DNA from: a virus
Length of the DNA: 34,771 nt
Direction: 5' to 3' (one strand)
UHGV virus genome: UHGV-0219736
Part shown: positions 8,830 to 15,009 of the stretch, one piece after another
Position numbering within the stretch: position 1 is the first letter of the stretch
How the letters are laid out: each line of letters starts with the position of its first letter
Program-made: the position numbers and the translations under genes
The notes under the pieces: generated by a model
Databases searched by the model: none
Seen by the model: the letters and a program-made list of their open reading frames with translations, nothing else
What the model was told of the DNA's origin: nothing

Positions 8830-8917
8830 TTGACTTCACGGTCACAAAATGCTATACTGTTTTTGTAGGTTTTATATGGCATTTTGTGAATCGAGCCGGT
8901 CGTCAGCCGGCTCTTTT
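8830..8917 (+). ncRNA. Candidate counter-transcribed RNA (ctRNA) upstream of rep, with its promoter
   Basis: TTGACT(8830)-17 bp-TATACT(8853). Terminator GAGCCGG-TCGTCAG-CCGGCTC-TTTT (8893-8917). About 55 nt, no ORF. Confidence 0.6.
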
Positions 8918-9127
8918 CTTTTGTCTTCTTTTCTTCCGAAGTTCCTGCATTTCTTTTTCAAAATTGATCTGGCTCTGCGTATTGAAATAATAATTTCCGT
9001 CATCGTCCATAAAGTAAAAATATGTATCTCCAGCCCTTACTTCCTTATAGACCAGTTTGGCAGAATTCGGAGGAGTCAGTCCCTCAAATGTTCTTGCATT
9101 TTCTTTAATCGTATTGATATCGCTCAT
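8903..9127 (-). CDS. Hypothetical protein
   Basis: MSDINTIKENAR..., 74 aa, GGAGG RBS. Confidence 0.7.
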   Translation of the reverse strand: MSDINTIKENARTFEGLTPPNSAKLVYKEVRAGDTYFYFMDDDGNYYFNTQSQINFEKEMQELRKKRRQKKRAG

Positions 9128-9522
9128 CCTACGCCCTCCACAAAAACAACCAGCACATCCTTGCGTCCGAACTGAATGCACTCCTCGTAAGTAGGCATCC
9201 AGATATCCAGGACCGATCCGTTCCGGATTCCTTCGTTCCCGCCGGTATCCAAAATCTCATACCAGACGAGGAATTCTCCCGGCTTGCCGTCATCATTGAT
9301 ATATACCGCGGCGGTCATTCCGTAGTACTCCGGCGCAGCACTGGCGATCCCGCGTCTGACTGCTCCGCCGTCACAACGCTGACCGGTCAGACAATAGGCT
9401 GTTGCCTGCATCTTTTTATATTCCGGTTGCACCGGTGCAACTTCCTCTATTTCTGCAGCCTGCGCAATCATGATCTTTGCCATGAGCACAAACAGAAGTG
9501 CTGCTACAATCGCTATCTTCAC
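9124..9522 (-). CDS. 3D-domain (MltA-like) exported protein
   Basis: GGAGG + GTG start, hydrophobic signal, ATAYC...YG...ILDTGG...LDIW. Confidence 0.8.
   Translation of the reverse strand: MKIAIVAALLFVLMAKIMIAQAAEIEEVAPVQPEYKKMQATAYCLTGQRCDGGAVRRGIASAAPEYYGMTAAVYINDDGKPGEFLVWYEILDTGGNEGIRNGSVLDIWMPTYEECIQFGRKDVLVVFVEGVG
9426..9441. repeat. 16-bp palindrome, copy 2
   Basis: Exact GTTGCACCGGTGCAAC. Confidence 0.95.
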
Positions 9523-9533
9523 TTTTCTTCCTC

Positions 9534-9695
9534 CTACCACATCCAGTACCCTCCACGGATCGCATATCGTCTGATGATTACCATGCTGATCAGGCACAGG
9601 ACCGTACCTCTAATGGGTTCACTATCCCATATCAACATGCCTGTTCCCATAACCACGATGCCTCCAAAGCCTATACAATATTCTATTTTTTCCAT
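9534..9695 (-). CDS. Small membrane protein (53 aa)
   Basis: GAAAGGA RBS; MEKIEYCIGFGGIVVMGTGMLIW... with two hydrophobic segments. Confidence 0.65.
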   Translation of the reverse strand: MEKIEYCIGFGGIVVMGTGMLIWDSEPIRGTVLCLISMVIIRRYAIRGGYWMW

Positions 9696-9711
9696 AGCTT
9701 GTCCTTTCTCG

Positions 9712-9813
9712 TCGTACCCTCCATGCGGTGCGCAGCCGAGGGGTGTGAGCTGCGCACGCTATAATGGAGGGGATATATATGCGCGGTGCCTGTGCACCGC
9801 ATGCAGGGTACGA
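9712..9813. ncRNA. Branched intergenic RNA structure (candidate regulatory RNA)
   Basis: Outer stem TCGTACCCT/AGGGTACGA encloses hairpins GTGCGCAGC/GCTGCGCAC and GCGGTGC/GCACCGC. Confidence 0.55.
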
Positions 9814-9823
9814 TCATCTTTTT

Positions 9824-10066
9824 CTATACTTTCATCCACCGGACTACGTCCTCCGGCTCTGTATCTAATACCTGAAATATGACCAGCAGCTCCGGATAAC
9901 TGAACGGGATTGCACCGGTGATCCGGCTGCTGACATATTGCTGTGTCTGACCAAGCATCTTTGCAAGATCCCTTTGCCTGATCTTATTTTTCCGCATCTG
10001 CAGTCTGACCCATCCTGGAAACTCTTCTGCCATATACTGTTTTTTATTGATGCATGCTTTTGGCAT
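9824..10066 (-). CDS. XRE/Cro-like HTH protein
   Basis: IRQRDLAKMLGQTQQYVSSRITG HTH; 80 aa. Confidence 0.85.
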   Translation of the reverse strand: MPKACINKKQYMAEEFPGWVRLQMRKNKIRQRDLAKMLGQTQQYVSSRITGAIPFSYPELLVIFQVLDTEPEDVVRWMKV

Positions 10067-10071
10067 CTGCC

Positions 10072-10212
10072 TCACCTGCCCTTTCTCTTTTCATCTGTAT
10101 CCGTCTTTGACGAACAACTGGCATATCTTATAGTCACTTCAACTTCATTACCCCAATTACTATTTACAAGCTGTCTTAATCTTTCGAGAGCTTGTTCTTT
10201 GTCTATCTGCAT
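10072..10212 (-). CDS. Hypothetical 46-aa protein
   Basis: AAAGGAG RBS; MQIDKEQALERLRQLV... Confidence 0.55.
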   Translation of the reverse strand: MQIDKEQALERLRQLVNSNWGNEVEVTIRYASCSSKTDTDEKRKGR

Positions 10213-10270
10213 TTCCCCACTCTCCTTTCTGAGCAATGCACCTGCTTACTCATGCATTGCTTTTGATATC

Positions 10271-10299
10271 TTGAATTTTTATTTTGTAAATGCTAATAT
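10271..10299 (+). promoter_or_regulatory. Sigma70-type promoter of the structured RNA
   Basis: TTGAAT-17 bp-TAATAT with an extended TG. Confidence 0.55.
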
Positions 10300-10304
10300 T
10301 TACT

Positions 10305-10696
10305 TACCCAAACTGGGTAGGAAAGGTGGAATCTACATGATTAAAAAACTGATCTTGCCCTGTTCCTTTAGTTTGAGGCCGCAATTCTGGTGCCAAAACA
10401 GATAAAACTGGCGTAAAATGTAGCAATCAGTACGGCGTTACATACTCAGAGAAGAGTTAAAAACGCATCGGGACGGCACCCGTATAAAATGCTTCACCGT
10501 ACCGGATACTCCTCACAATCCACCGACTAATGGGCAACTAATCTTACCAACATCAACGTCGCTGAACTAAAACTGCGTAAGCGGTGGAATACTTAAAGAA
10601 ACATTGGCGCTATACAATGTGGTGAAAACCTGCAAAGTATATAAGGTCAAAAAATTTAGGCAAAAACTGTTAGTGATAGCGCACTAGCAGTTTTTT
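10305..10696 (+). ncRNA. ~390-nt structured RNA with a 22-aa leader ORF (10337-10405)
   Basis: Own promoter, 5' hairpin, SD + MIKKLILPCSFSLRPQFWCQNR, at least 6 local hairpins, 3 crossing long-range helices and a terminator. G-U pairs favour the + strand. Confidence 0.6.
10662..10696. terminator. Bidirectional intrinsic terminator
   Basis: AAAAACTGTTAGTG-ATAGCG-CACTAGCAGTTTTTT between the convergent RNA and the cro-like gene. Confidence 0.85.
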
Positions 10697-10699
10697 GTT

Positions 10700-10933
10700 T
10701 CATCTACTCTCTTTCCGAAACTGCTCCAGCGGAACGCCGATTGCATCGCATATTTGAATATACTCATTCACTTCGATTTTTCTTTTATCATTCAGCATCT
10801 GATTCAGAGTCGGAGCCGGTATACCGGTTTTCGCTGCCACAAAATTCTGTTTGATTCCTTTTTTATATAAGAATTTTTTGATGTCGCTTCCTTTCAATCT
10901 CTCATCCTCCTTTCCTCTTATTACTTCAGACAT
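10700..10933 (-). CDS. Cro-like XRE HTH protein
   Basis: GIKQNFVAAKTGIPAPTLNQMLNDKRKI...ICDAIGV; 77 aa, no peptidase domain; AGGAGG RBS. Confidence 0.85.
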   Translation of the reverse strand: MSEVIRGKEDERLKGSDIKKFLYKKGIKQNFVAAKTGIPAPTLNQMLNDKRKIEVNEYIQICDAIGVPLEQFRKESR

Positions 10934-10943
10934 TCCTCCTATC

Positions 10944-11072
10944 TCATAATTCCTTACTTGCTGCGAAGAAAACCAGAAATACTACAAACCCACAAAAGAA
11001 CCCATATTTTGCATTTATTAAATATGCCGACCATATTCCGGCAAATATTACCAGTGCTTTTATCTCTCTCAC
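10944..11072 (-). CDS. Small membrane protein (42 aa)
   Basis: GAGGG + GTG; MREIKALVIFAGIWSAYLINAKYGFFCGFVVFLVFFAASKEL. Confidence 0.55.
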   Translation of the reverse strand: MREIKALVIFAGIWSAYLINAKYGFFCGFVVFLVFFAASKEL

Positions 11073-11164
11073 CTACCCTCTACTTGATTTTCCATCATTT
11101 CTGCTCTATCCTTTCTTTACAGGGTGTTGAGGCATCCGAGTATTACGAAAGGAGGACTATAAGT

Positions 11165-11335
11165 ATGCAGTTAAATCCCAACTGTGTCAGAGATGTTTTG
11201 ATAGCTGTAGAAGCAAATACCGGTTACAATATTTATTTTGATTATCCAAAAGAACGGGATAATGCTCCCAGCCTGTCTACATATTCTGATGATGAAATTC
11301 GCTACCATATCCTACAATGCGCAAAAGCAAAATAG
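11165..11335 (+). pseudogene. Truncated DUF2513-like gene
   Basis: AAAGGAGG RBS; MQLNPNCVRDVLIAVE...YSDDEIRYHILQC resembles the N-terminal half of DUF2513 but stops at 56 aa. Confidence 0.6.
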
Positions 11336-11459
11336 AATTTTTGTTATCTTACAAAATATAGCCAAAACTGCCATAAAAAGAGAACATCTAAAAATAACAT
11401 TGTACAGACTGTTTAACAGCTTTATCATTTTAGTTTCCTCTCTTTCGTTGTATTTTATC

Positions 11460-11675
11460 TTATGCTATATATTTGTGAAATAGATTATTTGTTTTTTTAA
11501 TGGTTTTTCTTTTCAAAAATAAAAATGGCAACGCAAGCACAATGACTGCTCTTACCTTCTCATTTGCAATATATGGTGTTGCACCTATTCCTATGAGAAC
11601 TAAGAGACAATATAAAAAAGAGAAACGGAAATATAATCTATAATATGATGCATTTTTGAATGTTTCATATAGCAT
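11460..11675 (-). CDS. Small membrane protein, first gene of the leftward early operon
   Basis: 71-aa ORF (an ATG at 11668 is in a different frame, so the start is uncertain), two hydrophobic segments, AAAGGTGG RBS upstream. Confidence 0.45.
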   Translation of the reverse strand: MLYETFKNASYYRLYFRFSFLYCLLVLIGIGATPYIANEKVRAVIVLALPFLFLKRKTIKKTNNLFHKYIA

Positions 11676-11690
11676 TCCACCTTTCTCTCT

Positions 11691-11728
11691 GTTTTGTCCT
11701 TATCTTATGACAAAACGAACCCATTTGT
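11691..11728 (-). promoter_or_regulatory. Putative early leftward promoter overlapped by an operator-like inverted repeat
   Basis: Minus strand TAGACA-18 bp-TAAGAT. GTTTTGTC-N10-GACAAAAC (11691-11716) covers the -10 box. Confidence 0.5.
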
Positions 11729-11830
11729 CTATATTTTTTTGTACATTTACAACTGCATATAATATGTTTACCCAGGGAGCCGATGGGGCGATGCGCAGCT
11801 GCTGGATACTAATGAAGGGAGCTGGTGCCA

Positions 11831-11917
11831 ATGGTTACATATCCTGATTTATTCTCGTTTGTAATTATGCTTTGCGCTGTTATAACTCTTGTTATTTATA
11901 CTCAACGCAAAAAGTAG
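11831..11917 (+). CDS. Type I toxin (holin-like small hydrophobic peptide), copy 1
   Basis: MVTYPDLFSFVIMLCAVITLVIYTQRKK, 28 aa: one transmembrane segment plus a basic tail; convergent antisense promoter. Confidence 0.8.
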   Translation: MVTYPDLFSFVIMLCAVITLVIYTQRKK

Positions 11918-12004
11918 CGCCCTTGACCTGGTAAGCTAAGGCGCTACTTTTGTAACATCTATTTACCGGCGGCTAGCTCGCATCTAGCTTTCGGCTCTCT
12001 TGTT
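11908..12004 (-). ncRNA. Antisense antitoxin RNA, copy 1
   Basis: Minus-strand TTGACA(12040-12035)-18 bp-TATAAT(12016-12011); ends at the bidirectional hairpin 11910-11951. Confidence 0.7.
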
Positions 12005-12051
12005 AAACATATTATATGCTCTGACTAAAGCTTTTGTCAACGGCAGAAATT

Positions 12052-12067
12052 GTTGCACCGGTGCAAC
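12052..12067. repeat. 16-bp palindrome, copy 3 (intergenic)
   Basis: Exact GTTGCACCGGTGCAAC. Confidence 0.95.
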
Positions 12068-12174
12068 TTACCTTTTATCATAAGAAAAGCCGTCCTGCCC
12101 TGACAAGCTGTCACGCTTTGAATACAAATGAACTGCATATAGCAAGAAAAAGCCAAGAGCATTGCATAATATTG

Positions 12175-12292
12175 TTGACATCTTCCTATTTTGTTTATAC
12201 TATAATAGTGCAACAAGAGGTTATATGTTAATAACGCTCTAGGTTTTACGTCTCTCGCTGATATGAGAATGACCGAATCCTAGAGCTTTTTT
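12175..12292 (+). ncRNA. Stand-alone small RNA unit A (promoter + extended hairpin + U tract)
   Basis: TTGACA(12175)-17 bp-TACTAT/TATAAT. GCTCTAGG...CCTAGAGC-TTTTTT with an inner GTCTCTC/GAGA-AT-GAC stem. Confidence 0.6.
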
Positions 12293-12325
12293 ATTTTAGT
12301 TTGTACCTTTACAACTGTATATAAA

Positions 12326-12476
12326 TTGACATTTATAAAAAAATGACATAATATAAATGCATGAAGGAACATAGTCAAAAGAAATATGGAGGTGCTACTA
12401 TGGGAATGGGAAGTACAACTCTTTTCTAAGTTATAAAGTATCTGAAGGCATTTAGATTATTCTAAATGCCTTTTTT
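12326..12476 (+). other. Mini transcription unit B (9-aa or 22-aa peptide, or sRNA)
   Basis: TTGACA-17 bp-TAATAT, GGAGG + ATG 12400-TAA 12429 (MGMGSTTLF), terminator AAGGCATTTAG/CTAAATGCCTT-TTTT. Confidence 0.6.
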
Positions 12477-12564
12477 ATTTGTACAACCGCATATAGTATG
12501 TTTACCCAGGGAGCTGCTGGGGTGTTATGTTAGCCGCCGGACGTTATGGACGGAGGCTGGTGCT

Positions 12565-12651
12565 ATGGTTACATATGATGAATTATTCTCCTTTGTAATT
12601 ATGCTTTGCGCTGTGATCGCTCTTGTTTTAGATTTCAGACGTAAAAAATAG
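12565..12651 (+). CDS. Type I toxin (holin-like small hydrophobic peptide), copy 2
   Basis: GGAGG RBS; MVTYDELFSFVIMLCAVIALVLDFRRKK, 28 aa, paralog of copy 1. Confidence 0.8.
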   Translation: MVTYDELFSFVIMLCAVIALVLDFRRKK

Positions 12652-12739
12652 TGCCCCCGCTCTGGTAAAGTAAGGCACTATTTTTTAGAACACTATTTTG
12701 CCGGCGGTCAGGTGTGCACTGACTAGCGGCTCTCTTGTT
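12643..12739 (-). ncRNA. Antisense antitoxin RNA, copy 2
   Basis: Minus-strand TTGACA(12775-12770)-18 bp-TATAAT(12751-12746); ends at hairpin 12643-12686. Confidence 0.7.
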
Positions 12740-12949
12740 AAACATATTATATGCTCTGACAAAGACTTTTGTCAATCTTCAGTCGGTGACATTTTGTCAC
12801 CAACCGAAATCCGCCCCGGTGCTACCAACACCAAGGCGGCAAAGCTCCTGATAATACAGTAGCTCCAGACAAGCTATATTGTATCATCCGGAGCGCAGTT
12901 TTTCAAGAAATTGCGCTATTTTTGCGCCCTTTTTCAGGAGGTTGATACG

Positions 12950-13954
12950 ATGAAAATTGAAAAATTACCATCCGGGTCCTTCCGTGTCCGGAAAACCTAC
13001 AAAGGCAAGAACTACTCTCTTACCTTTGATCGTCGTCCTACCAAGGATATGATCCTGCAGACGCTGATGGATCGCGTGCAATCTGATCCTGCTGCCGAGG
13101 ATAGCAAAGTATCCTTCCGTGATGCAGCCCTTGCGTATGTGGCTTCAAAGGAAAATGTTCTTTCTCCTTCCACTTTACGCGACTACCATAAATATCCGGA
13201 TCGCATTCCTGCATGGTTCTGTGAGCTTAGAATGACATCCATCACACAGGTTGACGTCAATAACCTGATCAACGAGCTCTCTGTCGGAAGAAGTCCAAAG
13301 ACGGTCCGCAATTATCATGGATTCGTTTCTGCGGTCCTTTCTACTTATAGACCGGAATTCGTCCTGAATACCAAGCTTCCACAGAAAATAAAGCGTGAAC
13401 CGTATATTCCGACCAGTGAAGATATCAGGAAGCTCCTGCAGGCTACAAAGGGGACGCGCTATGAGATTCCTATCCGTCTTGGCTGTTATGGGCTGCGGCG
13501 GTCTGAGATATGTGGTCTTACGCTGTCTGATCTGGATAAGAAAAACAATCTATCGATCAATAAGGCTATGATCTTTAATAAGGACAACCAGTGGATCGTA
13601 AAGCCGTTTCCCAAAAATTATGACAGCACGCGGATCATCACAATAGATAAGGATCTTGCAAAACTCATCCGTTCTACCGGCTGTATCTATGACGGACATC
13701 CCGGCCAGATCACGGAAGAAATGAAACGGCTGCAAAAGAAACTTGGCATTCCTGCTTTCTCCCTGCACAAATGCCGCCACTATTTTGCAAGCAAACTACA
13801 CGACAGCGGTATTCCGGATCAGGACATCATGGATCTGGGCGGTTGGAAAACAGATCATATTATGAAAAGTGTATACCGCCATGCACTCAAAGATGAAAAA
13901 GAACAAAAGCGGAAAAGGGCCGCTGCCGTTATCTCCGAATCCATTTGCAACTGA
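12950..13954 (+). CDS. int: Tyrosine integrase
   Basis: GGAGG RBS; catalytic R (GLRRSEI), HxxR (LHKCRH), GGW and Y (SVYRH); 334 aa. Confidence 0.95.
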   Translation: MKIEKLPSGSFRVRKTYKGKNYSLTFDRRPTKDMILQTLMDRVQSDPAAEDSKVSFRDAALAYVASKENVLSPSTLRDYHKYPDRIPAWFCELRMTSITQVDVNNLINELSVGRSPKTVRNYHGFVSAVLSTYRPEFVLNTKLPQKIKREPYIPTSEDIRKLLQATKGTRYEIPIRLGCYGLRRSEICGLTLSDLDKKNNLSINKAMIFNKDNQWIVKPFPKNYDSTRIITIDKDLAKLIRSTGCIYDGHPGQITEEMKRLQKKLGIPAFSLHKCRHYFASKLHDSGIPDQDIMDLGGWKTDHIMKSVYRHALKDEKEQKRKRAAAVISESICN

Positions 13955-13969
13955 TTCCACGGAAATTTC

Positions 13970-14195
13970 GTGGCAAATTCGTGGCAAGTTTTTTCACTTT
14001 GTGGCAAGTTTTTTACGTTTTATAGCAGTAAAACAGGCAATAAAAAAAGTCCGCAAAACCCACTATTTAAGCCATTTTCCTTGGTTTTACGGACTTCTTA
14101 TTTTACTGCCGGTGGCGGGACTTGAACCCGTTTAAAAAGCCTTATATTTGCCTATATTACTGCATTTCTCTGATTTTGTGGCAAATTCGTGGCAA
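13970..14195. mobile_element. attP region: tRNA 3'-end core (14107-14130) with arm-type repeats
   Basis: Minus strand CGGGTTCAAGTCCCGCCACCGGCA is a T-arm plus acceptor half (tRNA-Leu-like). GTGGCAA repeats at 13970, 13981, 14001, 14178, 14189. Hairpin at ~14044-14098. Confidence 0.85.
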
Positions 14196-14211
14196 ATTTT
14201 CTGATATACAC

Positions 14212-14249
14212 AAAAATGGTTCCCGGTCACGACTCCGGGAACCATTTTT
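14212..14249. terminator. Bidirectional terminator
   Basis: AAAAATGGTTCCCGG-TCACGACT-CCGGGAACCATTTTT. Confidence 0.9.
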
Positions 14250-14308
14250 ATATTACATGTAATCACTTAGCTTTTTTACTGTAGCATATATTCTGATCTC
14301 ATGCAATA

Positions 14309-14710
14309 TCAAATATATTTTACTTTGCCCTTAAGCTGTTCTGTCAGAGCGTTCCGCAATACCATTGAAACATTCAGCCCTGCTTTATCTGCTGCCATGC
14401 TCAGATTATATGGTATTGTGCAATTTCTTTTTACCAACCGCATATCCTGTTGTCTTCTATATTCATCAAAGTCAACATCTACCAGCGTTTTTATCGCATC
14501 CTTATATTCTTCGTTTTCTTTTACAGATTCTGGTGCTGGTATTTCTTTTCCTTCATCTTCAAGCTCAATCCCCATCAAACCTATGGCATCTCTTGCCATT
14601 TCAATAGCATCCGCAAGATCTTCCCCCTGTGTATCAATATCAAAATCAGGGATTCTGACCAGATAGTATTTACTTCCCACTGTAATAAATACCGGATATA
14701 CTCCTTTCAT
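14309..14710 (-). CDS. hicB: HicB-family antitoxin
   Basis: YLVRIPDF...TQGEDLADAIEMARDAI...EIPAP plus a C-terminal RHH (VKRNCTIP...GLNVSMVL). Confidence 0.92.
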   Translation of the reverse strand: MKGVYPVFITVGSKYYLVRIPDFDIDTQGEDLADAIEMARDAIGLMGIELEDEGKEIPAPESVKENEEYKDAIKTLVDVDFDEYRRQQDMRLVKRNCTIPYNLSMAADKAGLNVSMVLRNALTEQLKGKVKYI

Positions 14711-14802
14711 TTTAGTTCCTCCATTTGCTTCTTACTTCTCATTCTTTTTTACGTTTTGTTCTTTGTTCTCCCAGTGACTTTTCATTAAAGAGAGTGGGGA
14801 AA

Positions 14803-14973
14803 TTACTTCCCCGTCCTCCTTAAAATGATTTTTGCAAGTTGTTCATCGATTTCTTTATGTCTTGGTATTGTTTCGTTTCTTTCGCCATTTGTATATATGT
14901 CGTGATTGGCTCCGTGTCTCAATAACCTATATCCGTTTTTTTCAACTTGCTTTATTAAATCGTTTCTTTTCAC
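14803..14973 (-). CDS. hicA: HicA-family mRNA interferase toxin
   Basis: GGAGG + GTG; MKRNDLIKQVEKNGYRLLRHGANHDIYTNGERNETIPRHKEIDEQLAKIILRRTGK (56 aa). Not in the ORF track. Confidence 0.9.
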   Translation of the reverse strand: MKRNDLIKQVEKNGYRLLRHGANHDIYTNGERNETIPRHKEIDEQLAKIILRRTGK

Positions 14974-15009
14974 TGCTAAGTGATTACCTCCTTTCTTCTT
15001 TATATTTAC

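Noticed and set aside
9779..9868. + strand 29-aa ORF behind GGAGGGG
   Set aside because: The SD-like sequence is better explained as part of the RNA structure, and the ORF runs antisense into the XRE gene with no other support.
10350..10660. Group I intron or tmRNA identity for the large RNA (GACTA at 10525 followed by a P3'-like GGGCAA)
   Set aside because: There is no matching TAGTC P7' strand, the helix order does not fit the group I core, no gene is interrupted, and there are no tRNA-like ends or proteolysis tag.
11750..12780. CRISPR array or mini-array
   Set aside because: The repeats are two long diverged TA cassettes, not short equal repeats with unique spacers, and there are no cas genes.
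14107..14130. Phage-encoded tRNA gene
   Set aside because: Only the T-arm and acceptor 3' half are present; it is the attP core.
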